A stretch of 64,000 nucleotides of DNA from an uncultured Spirochaetota bacterium. Lineage in GTDB: Bacteria; Spirochaetota; Spirochaetia; SZUA-6; Fen-1364. This document shows positions 9,972 through 19,311 of the stretch, piece by piece; positions within the stretch are counted from its first letter, which is position 1; every line of letters starts with the position of its first letter. A program made the translations under genes and the position numbers. The stretch covers positions 32,001 to 96,000 of the forward strand of contig CAVUXE010000010.1 of NCBI GenBank assembly GCA_963745235.1, in the 5' to 3' direction. The notes under the pieces are model-generated. The model saw only the letters and a program-made list of their open reading frames with translations, had not been told where the DNA came from and did not search any database.

Positions 9972-10019
9972 CTGAGAAAACCATTCTCAGAAGAATCCCT
10001 GTGCGAAGAATCTGCGCAG
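9972..10019. promoter_or_regulatory. Candidate enhancer (UAS) sites for a sigma54 activator
   Basis: Perfect inverted repeat CTGAGAA-N5-TTCTCAG (9972-9990) and a degenerate copy GTGCGAAGAATCTGCGCAG (10001-10019), about 80-130 bp upstream of the -24 element. Confidence 0.55.
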
Positions 10020-10098
10020 CTCTTGACTCACGAAGCGGTATTTCAACAGGAATTCAGCCCCTATTTGCTTCAAACACGAGGCTTGGGCCGCATGCTCC

Positions 10099-10114
10099 TG
10101 GCACGACTCTTGCA
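10099..10114 (+). promoter_or_regulatory. sigma54 (-24/-12) promoter
   Basis: TGGCAC-GACTC-TTGCA, exact consensus spacing; AGGAGG SD downstream. Confidence 0.88.
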
Positions 10115-10148
10115 TTTATGCAGCTGACAACATGCAAGGAGGCCATTC

Positions 10149-10670
10149 ATGGCAAAGAGATTTTTGATTGTTCTCATGACCCTTTCTCTGGCAACCGCTG
10201 CCTTCGCAAACGGCCAGTACGAGAAAGCGCAGCAGGGGATCTTCCAGGGTGACAAGCTGGTCCTCAAGGGCACAGTGTCTCTCCAGAGCTTCCCCCACCC
10301 CATCCTGAAGGTTGCGGACAAGCAGTACCTTCTCATGGTCCCGCCCTATCTCGTGGATCGCGCCGGGGTGAAGGATGGCATGCAGGTGACAGTGCAGGGC
10401 TACCAGTTCACCGATACCCCCCGGTTCGGCTGGGCAGGCGCTGACAAGGGCTACGTCGGGCTGTTCGTCACCCAGGCCACGATCGACGGAAAGGACTACG
10501 ACCTTGCCCGCTACTACGGGGAAATGATGATGGGCGGACGGGGCCGGGGATTCGGCTCAGGCTACGGTTACGGGATGATGGGAGGCGGCCCTGGGTATGG
10601 ACCCGGATACGGCATGATGGGCCGCGGCCGCGGGCCAGGCGGAATGATGGGCGGCTGGGACTGGGATTGA
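10149..10670 (+). CDS. Exported protein with a Gly/Met/Tyr-rich low-complexity tail
   Basis: Signal peptide (..TAAFA-NGQYE), beta-rich core, and a tail with four MM motifs (EMMMGG, YGMMGG, YGMMGR, GGMMGG). Confidence 0.85.
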   Translation: MAKRFLIVLMTLSLATAAFANGQYEKAQQGIFQGDKLVLKGTVSLQSFPHPILKVADKQYLLMVPPYLVDRAGVKDGMQVTVQGYQFTDTPRFGWAGADKGYVGLFVTQATIDGKDYDLARYYGEMMMGGRGRGFGSGYGYGMMGGGPGYGPGYGMMGRGRGPGGMMGGWDWD

Positions 10671-10702
10671 CCGGCTCGAGAGAGGGAGCCCCCGTCGAAA
10701 CT

Positions 10703-10727
10703 GAGCCAGCGCGCGCTGGCTCTTTTT
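10703..10727 (+). terminator. Intrinsic terminator
   Basis: GAGCCAGC-GCGC-GCTGGCTC-TTTTT. Confidence 0.85.
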
Positions 10728-10753
10728 GTTTCGGGGCGATATCCTTGCCGCGG

Positions 10754-12077
10754 ATGAAAGCGCCTTCGTGGGAAACGCGGTTTCTCGTTCCGGCATTCCT
10801 CGCGCTCTTCGTTGGCCTGGGAATCCTCTCGGTTTTCCTGTTCACGGGAGAATCGAGCAGGGCACAAATCCTCGTGGAATACGAGGCGGAGCGCATCGCA
10901 TCGACACTCGCTGACTCTTTCCGCGCGGAAGGATCGCTGGACCAGGGCAGGCTCGACCCAAGGATCAGGGGCTTCGGCCTGTACGCGCCCGGCGGAAACC
11001 CGGTGGTTCGCGTCGGTGACGCCCCGGACACCCTTGATGTCCAGAAGGAGCGCGGGGGCTTTCGTTACGACCCGCATCGAGGGCTCCTCACGCTGCAGCG
11101 GATCTTCGGCCCCGGGATGATGAGTGGCGGGCCGGTCCGGCCTTCCGATGATGGGTGGCGGGCCGGGCCGCGGCTTTCCGATGATGGGGGAACGCTTTCC
11201 CGGCGGCGCGCCGTTCGGCGGACCACGGGGAATGTTTCACGGCCCTGCCGGCGCGCTCTTCCTGACCATGGACATTTCCTCCTACTACCGCCTGCAGTTT
11301 CTCTATGGAACCGCCGCCGTGGTTTCCCCCATCGCAGTCGCAGGTCTTGCGGCGCTTTTCTTCTCCCTGCTGTCGAGCAACATGCGCCATCGGCGCCGCG
11401 CCCAGGAGCAGGAGACCCTCGCGAGGCTGGGGGAAAGCGCCCGCACGCTTGCGCACGAGATCAGGAACCCGCTCAGCGCCATACGGATCCAGACTGGACT
11501 GCTTCGCAAGCGGCTGGCAGCCAATGCCTCCGCGGACGCCGCTCCCCAACTGGATGCAATCGACGAGGAGGTGGAGAGACTTTCCCTGCTTTCCCGCCGG
11601 GTGGCCGACTTCCTGAGAAACCCGCGGGGTGAACCGCGAAGGATAATCATCGATGAGTTCCTCGGTGACCTTGCGGGAAAGATGCCGACTCCCGTCTCCT
11701 ACTCCGCTGCCGCGGCAGCTCGGGGAACCGCGGTGAGCTTTGATGGTGACCTGCTTCGCTCGGTCGTTGAAAACCTCGTGCGCAACGCGAACGAGAGCTA
11801 CCCCGAGGGAGACGGCCCACGCGACGTGGAGCTCGCGCTTCTCAAGGAAAAGGGGTCCATCGTCATCGCGGTCCGGGACAGGGGAAAGGGGATCGCTCCC
11901 GAGCTCATGGAAAAAGTTTTCGACCCGTTCTTCACGGATAAGGTGCACGGCTCGGGAGTCGGGCTTTCCCTGTCCCGCCGGTTCATCGAGGCGGCCGGCG
12001 GCGCACTGTCCCTTGTTGCCAGAGGCGGCGGGGGCACGGAGGCGCGCATCACGCTGCCCTCGCGGGGCACGCCGTGA
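10754..12077 (+). CDS. Membrane sensor histidine kinase, one frameshift near 11135
   Basis: TM1 in the 10754 frame. TM2, H-box LAHEIRNPL, N-box ENLVRNA, DRGKG, FDPFFT and GSGVGL in the 11124 frame. Confidence 0.88.
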
Positions 12078-13390
12078 AAGTCCTGATTGCAGATGATGAA
12101 AAGAACATCCGGGACTCGATTGCGGCGTTCATAGCCTCGGAAGGCATCCAGACCTTCGTGGCCGCGGATGGAATGGAGGCCCGCGCTCTTCTGGAAGACG
12201 AGGCCTTCGATTGCCTCATCCTGGACCTTCGGATGCCGAGGATGGACGGGCTGGCGCTCCTGGCGTGGCTGCAGGAGGCGGGTCCGCCCACGCCGGTGAT
12301 CGTCATCTCCGCGTACGGGGACGTCAGGGACGCGGTGCAGGCAATGAAGCTGGGCGCCAGGGACTACCTGGTCAAGCCCTTCGACCCGGAAGAGCTGGTC
12401 ATGCGGCTGCATCGGCTGCTCTCGGAAAGCTCGCTTGCCGGCCAGGCGGAAGCGGGACGGCGGGCAATGGCCGCGGGCGGCTGGATCGGGGAAGATGAGA
12501 AGATGAAGGCGGTGCGCGCCCTTGTGGAAAAAGTGGCGATGACCTCCTCCACGGTCCTCGTCACCGGGGAAAGCGGCACGGGCAAGGAAGTGGTGGCGCG
12601 TCTCCTGCACGCGCTGTCGGCCACTCCAGACGGTCCGTTTGTCGCGATCAACGTTGGCGGCGTGCCGGAGGCGCTCCTGGAGTCGGAGCTCTTCGGGCAC
12701 GAGAGGGGAGCCTTCACGGGAGCGGCTGAGCGCAAGCGCGGCATGTTCGAGCTCGCTTCATCCGGCACCCTGTTCCTCGACGAGATCGGCGACATGCCCA
12801 TGCATCTGCAGGTCAAGCTCCTCCGCGTGCTTCAGGAGAAGAAAATCCAGCGCCTGGGAGGAACTCAGCCCATCCCCATCAATGCGAGGATCGTCGCGGC
12901 GACGAACAAGGACCTGGAGACCCTCCTTTCAGAGGGCAGGTTCCGCGAAGACCTGTTCTACCGTCTGAACGTCATCAGGATAGAAGTGCCGCCCCTGCGG
13001 GAGAGGCGCGGCGACATCCCGGCCCTGGCGGGTTTTTTCGTGGAGAAGCTCAACCGGCAGATGGGACGGAAGGTTCACGGGCTGGAGCCTGAAGCGCTTG
13101 CCCGGCTTTCCGCGTACAACTTCCCGGGGAACGTGCGCGAGCTGGAAAACGCCATTGAGCGGGCGTACATCCTTTCCTCATCTGACATGATCAGCGCGCG
13201 CGATCTTGGCGGGCCGTTCGCACGCTCGCAGCGCGCCCCCCGGATGGGAAAGCTGCGTGACCAGGAACGGGAGCTCATCGAAAAGGTCCTCGCGCGTCAC
13301 GGCGGAAACCGCACCCACGCCGCACAGGAGCTCGGCATCAGCAGGCGCACCCTGCTCAACAAGATCAAGGAAGCCGGCCTGGACGGTTGA
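12074..13390 (+). CDS. sigma54-dependent response regulator (REC-AAA+-Fis HTH; NtrC/ZraR/AtoC type)
   Basis: ADDE, DLRMP, GESGTGKE, ESELFGHERGAFTGA, FLDEIG, PGNVRELEN, and a C-terminal HTH. Confidence 0.95.
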   Translation: MKVLIADDEKNIRDSIAAFIASEGIQTFVAADGMEARALLEDEAFDCLILDLRMPRMDGLALLAWLQEAGPPTPVIVISAYGDVRDAVQAMKLGARDYLVKPFDPEELVMRLHRLLSESSLAGQAEAGRRAMAAGGWIGEDEKMKAVRALVEKVAMTSSTVLVTGESGTGKEVVARLLHALSATPDGPFVAINVGGVPEALLESELFGHERGAFTGAAERKRGMFELASSGTLFLDEIGDMPMHLQVKLLRVLQEKKIQRLGGTQPIPINARIVAATNKDLETLLSEGRFREDLFYRLNVIRIEVPPLRERRGDIPALAGFFVEKLNRQMGRKVHGLEPEALARLSAYNFPGNVRELENAIERAYILSSSDMISARDLGGPFARSQRAPRMGKLRDQERELIEKVLARHGGNRTHAAQELGISRRTLLNKIKEAGLDG

Positions 13391-13422
13391 AGCCGCGTTG
13401 GTCATGACTCGAGCGGCGCCCC

Positions 13423-13620
13423 TCAGGCGCGCTGGATCAGCTCGTTCGCCGAGCCGCAGTGGCAGGAATCACACACGGAGTGACCCGCTTCGCACGCCAC
13501 GTTGGCGCTCTTCGGCGCGCCGCAAATGGCGCAGATGTGGTCAAAGCTCTCCTGGGAGTAGCACAGCGCAGCCCCGCAGATCATCAGGCAGCCGATCCGA
13601 TGAGATTCATCGGAGGCCAT
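13423..13620 (-). pseudogene. Cys-rich fragment resembling the N-terminal zinc-binding part of DUF5714 proteins
   Basis: CLMICG..L.Y, CAICG, CEAGHSVCDSCH pattern. It stops before the expected downstream domain. Confidence 0.55.
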
Positions 13621-13623
13621 GAT

Positions 13624-14046
13624 TCAACCCTCGAGGATAGTGATCTTTGTCTCTATGGGTCCGGCGCTGCGCAGGGTTGCCGCCACCGAGCAGTACCTGG
13701 TCTGGCTCAGCTCCACGGCGCGCGCAACGGCCTCGTGATCGATCCCCTTGCCCGTCACGACGTATTCCACCAGGAACCGGGTGAGCGCCCGCGGATGCTC
13801 ATCCGCCTGGTCGCCATGGACCTTCACCTCGAACGCGGTGACCTGCTGTCGCTTCTTTTCCAGGATGGAGATCACATCCATGGCTGTGCAGCCTGCCAGG
13901 CCCACAAGCACCAGCTCCAGCGGCCGAAACCCGTCGTTGGCTCCGCCGACCTTCGGGCTTGCGCCCAGGGGCAGGGAGAAGTTGCTCGTGAAGGCCGTGC
14001 CCGTGAAGCTCATTCCGCTCGTCCAGACCGCAGACGCATCCATCAC
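13624..14046 (-). CDS. OsmC-family protein
   Basis: GFRPLELVLVGLAGCTAMDV and RYCSVAATL. Confidence 0.92.
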   Translation of the reverse strand: MMDASAVWTSGMSFTGTAFTSNFSLPLGASPKVGGANDGFRPLELVLVGLAGCTAMDVISILEKKRQQVTAFEVKVHGDQADEHPRALTRFLVEYVVTGKGIDHEAVARAVELSQTRYCSVAATLRSAGPIETKITILEG

Positions 14047-14519
14047 GGGACCTCCGTTTCGTCGTTGAGAAAATCCCCCACTGCCCCGCCCGTTATGGTG
14101 ACCAGCTGGTCGAAGGTCATCGGGACCCCGGAAGAGTCGGTCCCCGCGGCCGGGTAGATGGTCGCGTATTGCGAAAGACTCCTGTCGATGAAGATGCGAA
14201 TGGAGCCGTCGATGCCGAACGGACAGACGCCGCCGAGCCCGAAGCCGGTCGCCGCCATGGCCTCTTCCGGGCTTGCCATGCGTGACTTGACGCCCGCGGC
14301 CGCCTTGAGCTTTGCGGAGGAAAGGCGCTTGTCCCCGGGGGCTACCACCATGAATACCTTGCCGTCCTTCCCCATGAAGAGGAGGGACTTGGCGATCTGG
14401 CCCACGGTGACGCCGAGCTGCTGCGCCGCGAGGACGGAGGTGGCCGTGCTGCCGGCGTCGAACTCAGCAGCGCGCAATCCATTGGCATCCAGCACAGAGC
14501 GAACCTTGTCAGGAATCAC
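14043..14519 (-). CDS. YbaK/EbsC-family aminoacyl-tRNA editing protein
   Basis: AAQQLGV..GQIAKSLLF and TGFGLGGVCPFG. Start taken at the GTG at 14519. Confidence 0.88.
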   Translation of the reverse strand: MIPDKVRSVLDANGLRAAEFDAGSTATSVLAAQQLGVTVGQIAKSLLFMGKDGKVFMVVAPGDKRLSSAKLKAAAGVKSRMASPEEAMAATGFGLGGVCPFGIDGSIRIFIDRSLSQYATIYPAAGTDSSGVPMTFDQLVTITGGAVGDFLNDETEVP

Positions 14520-14667
14520 AACAACTCTCCCGGGCGAGAGTCTATGGGAGATGCACAGTGGCGTCAACCACGGGCGAACAGGTGCGTATATCATACGGTG
14601 GTTTGACCTTGCCCCGGCGAACGCGTACATTGCTTAGTCGAGGGCAACAACAACGGAAAGGACATGC

Positions 14668-15390
14668 ATGGCAAGCCTCATTGAGCCCCGGTGTGAAAAG
14701 AAAACGACCAGAGAAGAGCTTCTCGCCAAGATGAAGGGGAAACCGGACTTCGTCCTGGAAGACCACTACTGCAAGGGAACCGGCTCCTACTGCCTGGACG
14801 ACGACCTGTGCGTCCAGATGGTTGCAAGCGCCCGGCTTCCCACGCGCATGGGCACGTTTATGCTCTACGGGTTCTTCGACAGCAGGGATGAAAAGGAGCA
14901 CACCGCCATTGTCCAGGGTGACGTGGCCGGCAAGGAACGCGTCCCGCTTCGCGTGCACTCCGAGTGCCACACGGGAGATGTGTGGGGCTCACTGCGCTGC
15001 GACTGCCGCGACCAGCTCGAAGCGGCAACCAGGTACGTTTCCCGACAACCGTTCGGCGCCGTCATCTACCTCAAGCAGGAAGGCCGCGGCATCGGCCTCC
15101 TGAACAAGATCAAGGCGTACCAGCTGCAGGACCTGGGGCTTGATACGGTTGAGGCGAACCAGTTCCTGAACATGCCCGTGGACGCCCGTGACTACAAGGT
15201 GGCCGCCAAGATAATCCAGATCCTGAAGATCCGCTCGGTGGCGCTCATGACGAACAACCCTGACAAGATCGAACAGCTCACGGCGGAGGGAATAGACGTG
15301 GTTGAAAGGATTCCCGTTGTGATTCCCTCCAACAGGTACGATGAAGACTACCTGGACGTGAAAAAGCGCAAGATGGGGCACCTCATTTAG
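14668..15390 (+). CDS. ribA: GTP cyclohydrolase II
   Basis: RVHSECHTGD, SLRCDCRDQL, QEGRGIGL, TNNPDK, KMGHL. Confidence 0.95.
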   Translation: MASLIEPRCEKKTTREELLAKMKGKPDFVLEDHYCKGTGSYCLDDDLCVQMVASARLPTRMGTFMLYGFFDSRDEKEHTAIVQGDVAGKERVPLRVHSECHTGDVWGSLRCDCRDQLEAATRYVSRQPFGAVIYLKQEGRGIGLLNKIKAYQLQDLGLDTVEANQFLNMPVDARDYKVAAKIIQILKIRSVALMTNNPDKIEQLTAEGIDVVERIPVVIPSNRYDEDYLDVKKRKMGHLI

Positions 15391-15505
15391 GGCGGCCACG
15401 CCGGGTGGCGCGGCGAGCCGGTGGGGTGGCGACACGGCTGTGGCGGGACGCGCCGGTGGCGGCGCGCCGCTTGCGAGGCCTTTGTCCGAGCTTCAGCGCG
15501 TTGGT

Positions 15506-16747
15506 TCAGTCTCCCGCCTGCAGCTCCCCGGAGACCAGCGCCAACCTCTCCATGGCCTCTTCCACCAGCTCCCGGGTGTTGAAGGCGCTCATGCGGATAT
15601 AACCTTCTCCGCACAATCCGAAGCCGCTTCCCGGAGTAATGACCACGGATGCCTTCTTGAGCAGCCGGTCGAAAAAGCTCCACGAGTCCCCGCCCACCCT
15701 GGCCCAGATGTAGGGGGAGTTGTCCCCTCCGATGCACGGGAAGCCCAGGGCGTCCATCCGGCTGCGGACGATGCGGGCGTTGGCCAGGTAGTAGTCCGAG
15801 AGGGCGCGCGTCTCCTTCTTACCCTCCTGGCTGAAGGTTGCAGCGGCCGCGCGCTGCACGGGATACGAGACCCCGTTGAGCTTTGTCGACTGGCGCCGGG
15901 ACCACAGCGCGTGCAGGGAATATCCCTTTCCTTGCGCATCCCAGGCCATGCACGTCTTTGGAACAACCGTGTAGGCGCACCGGGTCCCGGTGAACCCGGC
16001 GGTCTTGGAGAAGCTGCGAAACTCTATGGCGCACTCCTTCGCGCCGGGAATCTCGAAAATCGAATGCGGGAGCGAGTCGTCCCGGATGAAGGAGACGTAC
16101 GCCGCATCGTAGAGGATGAGCGCCTTTGCGGCGCGCGCATAGTCCACCCAGGCGGCAAGGCGCGTGCGGTCAATGGCCGCGCCGGTGGGATTGTTGGGAA
16201 AGCAGAGGTAGATGAGGTCCACGCGGGATTTGGGCGGGTCGGGCACGAACTGGTTGTCCTCCGTGCAATCCAGGTAGATCAGCCCCGCATACCTGCCGTC
16301 ATGATACTGCCCCGTGCGACCCGCCATCACGTTTGTGTCCACGTAGACCGGATACACCGGGTCCGGGATGGCAATCCTGATGTCCGCGGCAAACAGCTCC
16401 TGGATGTTGGCGGTATCTGATTTTGCCCCGTCGCTGATCGCGATCTCCTCCGGGCTGATGTCAGCCCCGCGCGCCTGGAAATCGTTTTCCGCGATGGCCG
16501 CGCGCAGAAAGTCGTACCCGAGGTCGGGCGGATACCCGCGGAAAGTCTGTGCGTCGCCCATCTCTTCGACGGCCAGGCGAAACGCTTTCACCACGGAGGG
16601 ACTCAAGGGTAGAGTCACGTCCCCCACGCCCATGCTGATCACCCTGGCCTCGGGGTGGTCACTCTTGAACTGGCCGACGCGGCGGGAGATTTCGCTGAAC
16701 AGGTACGAGGAGGAAAGCTTCGGATAGTTCGGGTTGATGCGGATCAT
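15506..16747 (-). CDS. dapL: LL-diaminopimelate aminotransferase
   Basis: SYLFSEI, GVGDVT, SDGAKSD, CFPNNPTG, SFSKTAGFTGTRC. Confidence 0.95.
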   Translation of the reverse strand: MIRINPNYPKLSSSYLFSEISRRVGQFKSDHPEARVISMGVGDVTLPLSPSVVKAFRLAVEEMGDAQTFRGYPPDLGYDFLRAAIAENDFQARGADISPEEIAISDGAKSDTANIQELFAADIRIAIPDPVYPVYVDTNVMAGRTGQYHDGRYAGLIYLDCTEDNQFVPDPPKSRVDLIYLCFPNNPTGAAIDRTRLAAWVDYARAAKALILYDAAYVSFIRDDSLPHSIFEIPGAKECAIEFRSFSKTAGFTGTRCAYTVVPKTCMAWDAQGKGYSLHALWSRRQSTKLNGVSYPVQRAAAATFSQEGKKETRALSDYYLANARIVRSRMDALGFPCIGGDNSPYIWARVGGDSWSFFDRLLKKASVVITPGSGFGLCGEGYIRMSAFNTRELVEEAMERLALVSGELQAGD

Positions 16748-16878
16748 CCCACCTTATACCCGTCACCTTCGCGAGGTGTCAAGGAAAGGGTTGGAGCACT
16801 TGGAGCGCGGCTCCGGCAGGGCGGGCCGTTGTTGCGAGTGCCGTGGGATTTTCGTACCTTAGGGAGAGGGAAAGAGGC

Positions 16879-17406
16879 ATGGAAAATATCCGCTACCCGA
16901 TTGGGAAGTTCGCATTCGACGTCGACATCACTCCGGAGAAACGGGGCGCGTGCATCCAGGACATCAGGGGCCTGCCGGCGAAGCTGCGAAGCGCCGTCGC
17001 CGGGCTCTCCGACCAGCAGCTGGATACACCCTATCGCGACGGGGGATGGACGGTCCGGCAGCTCACGCACCACATTGCAGACAGTCACATGAACGCCTTC
17101 ATCCGCTGGAAGCTCGCCTTGACGGAGACGGGTCCGACTATCAAGCCCTATGACCAGGATGAGTGGGTGACCACGGGGGACGTGACGGGCATGGACGTGG
17201 AGCCGTCCCTCGCGCTGGTGGACGGGCTGCATGCGCGTTGGGTGCGTCTCCTTGCCTCGCTTTCCCCGTCGGACTTCCAGCGTATCTTCAACCATCCCGA
17301 AAGCGGCGTGGTGACCCTGGAACGCCAGCTCCAGCTCTATGCCTGGCACGGGCGCCATCATGTCGCCCACATCCTCTCCCTGAGAGAAAGAAAGGACTGG
17401 AAATAA
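16879..17406 (+). CDS. YfiT/DinB-family thiol S-transferase (BstA-like)
   Basis: RYPIGKF, LDTPYRDGGWTVRQ, HIADSH, YAWHGRHH. Confidence 0.9.
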   Translation: MENIRYPIGKFAFDVDITPEKRGACIQDIRGLPAKLRSAVAGLSDQQLDTPYRDGGWTVRQLTHHIADSHMNAFIRWKLALTETGPTIKPYDQDEWVTTGDVTGMDVEPSLALVDGLHARWVRLLASLSPSDFQRIFNHPESGVVTLERQLQLYAWHGRHHVAHILSLRERKDWK

Positions 17407-17414
17407 TTCCTCAT

Positions 17415-18342
17415 ATGAAATCACCAAAACAGGTCGGGCTGGAAAACGAGATCCGATCCCGCCTGACCGGCATGGTCCGCACAGCGGCGGACATCCTCCT
17501 GGATGACCAGGAGATTCAGCATCTCCAGGAGTACGCGAACGTCGTCTCGATCAAGAGGCTGGGATACAACGACCACGGCCCGGTGCACATGCGCACGGTT
17601 GTGCTCAACGCCATCATCATGGCTGACCTGATGCACGCGGCCGGCATCCCGCTCAGCCTGCAGGCGGACGACGCGGGCACCTACGAGGATAGCCTTGTCG
17701 GGCTGCTCCTGGCCGGGATGCTGCACGACGTCGGCATGAGCATCGGCCGCGCTGACCACGAGCATGACGGGGTCTGGCTGGCCCTCCCCATCATGGATCG
17801 GGTCCTCGCCCAGGTCTATGGAGCCGACATCGCTCGGAGGGTCGTCGTCCGATCCCTTGCGGTGGAGTGCATTGTCGGCCACATGGCAACGCAGCGGGTT
17901 CACTCCCTGGAGGCGGGCATCATCCTTGTCGCGGACGGTTGCGACATGGAGAAAGGCCGGGCCCGCATCCCCATGATGATAGCCACCGAGTCCCGCGTGG
18001 GGGACATCCACAAGTATTCGGCCTCCGCCATCGAACAGGTCAAGCTGGAACGGGGCGTGCAAAGACCAATCCGCATCACCGTGGAGATGAAGGCTACCGT
18101 GGGCTTCTTCCAGGTGGAGGAAGTCCTCCTCCACAAGATCGACTGGAGCCCCGGCAAAACCGTTCATCGAGCTGTACGCGGGGGTCATTGAAAAGAAGAT
18201 CAAGTGCTATCTCGGATGCGCCAGTCGATCTGAGAGCGCTGAGAGCCCGGGGGCTCATCCCCGCACGGGCGCTCATCCTCACCCCCGTGCAGGCGGAAAC
18301 GGAGCGGCCAGGAGCGCGCAGCACGAGGCGGGGAAAGCATAG
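17415..18342 (+). CDS. HD-domain phosphohydrolase, one frameshift near 18150
   Basis: RLGYNDHGPVH, LHDVG, ADGCDMEKGRAR. Removing one C at AGCCCCGG restores SPAKPFIELYAGV up to the TAG at 18342. Confidence 0.8.
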
Positions 18343-18417
18343 CAGGGCGCGCGGGTCCCTGCCGCGGACTTGCAACGCACCCCCCAAGTCGGCATCCTGT
18401 GCGGACGCATGACAGGC

Positions 18418-19311
18418 ATGAGATCAACTCCACGGTGGGGCACCGAGCGGGGGAAGGCGCTTCTTGCCCTGACCGCCTGCGCGCTCCTGTGGAGCACCGG
18501 TGGCCTGCTCATCAAGATCGTGGATTGGAATCCGTTCGCGCTCGCCGGGGTGCGCAGCCTCATTGGCGGTCTGCTCATCCTTGCGGTTCTGCGCCGACCG
18601 CACTTTACCTGGTCGTTCCCCCAGGTGGCCGGTGCGGTCTCCTACGCGGCATGCATGGTTCTTTTCGTCGCGGCCAACAAGCTGACAACGGCGGCAAACG
18701 CGATCCTGCTGCAGTACACGGCGCCGATCTATGCCGCGGTCTTCGGCTGGATACTCCTGAGAGAGAAAGCGAGCGTGGTGGACTGGGCCACCATCGTCGT
18801 GGTGCTCGGGGGGATGGTGCTCTTCTTCATGGACAGGCTGGGACGGGGTGGAGTGGCGGGCAACCTCCTTGCCATATCCAGCGGCATCTTCTTTGCCGGG
18901 ACCATGGTTGCCCTTCGTCGGCAGAAGGACGGATCTCCCCTCGAATCTCTCCTGCTCAGCCACGCCATTACTTTTGTTGTCGCCATCCCGTTCCTGTGGG
19001 GACCGCTTCCGGGCGTTCGCTCACTGGTGGGGCTTGCGTTCCTCGGCGTCTTCCAGATCGGGATACCTTCTTTCCTTCTCACCTATGGGGTGAAGCGCGT
19101 GACCGCCCTTCAGACCCTTCTCACGTCGGTCCTGGAGCCCATCTTCAACCCGATCTGGGTCTTCCTGATCCTGGGGGAAACCCCCGGACCGCGCGCCCTT
19201 GTGGGCGGCATCATCATCCTGCTGGCAGTGACGGCGCGGTCCGTGATCAGCCTTCGATGGGGGGCCCTGCCGGCTGGCGGCGGCTCACCAGCAGAACGCC
19301 GGCCAGGATGA
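18418..19311 (+). CDS. EamA/DMT-family transporter
   Basis: About 10 TM segments; LWSTGGLLIK, ANAILLQYTAP, LEPIFNPIW. Confidence 0.88.
   Translation: MRSTPRWGTERGKALLALTACALLWSTGGLLIKIVDWNPFALAGVRSLIGGLLILAVLRRPHFTWSFPQVAGAVSYAACMVLFVAANKLTTAANAILLQYTAPIYAAVFGWILLREKASVVDWATIVVVLGGMVLFFMDRLGRGGVAGNLLAISSGIFFAGTMVALRRQKDGSPLESLLLSHAITFVVAIPFLWGPLPGVRSLVGLAFLGVFQIGIPSFLLTYGVKRVTALQTLLTSVLEPIFNPIWVFLILGETPGPRALVGGIIILLAVTARSVISLRWGALPAGGGSPAERRPG

Noticed and set aside
10520-10670. Gly-rich tail as a RiPP precursor
   Set aside because: It is part of a signal-peptide-bearing protein, and no modifying enzymes or exporters are nearby.
13402-13425. Selenocysteine readthrough at the TGA ending the Cys-rich ORF
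   Set aside because: Readthrough adds only GAPLES before another TGA, there is no convincing SECIS, and no selAB genes are in the window.
15391-15505. GGTGGCG-rich spacer between ribA and dapL as a CRISPR or REP element
   Set aside because: Short irregular units with no constant repeat-spacer period and no cas genes.
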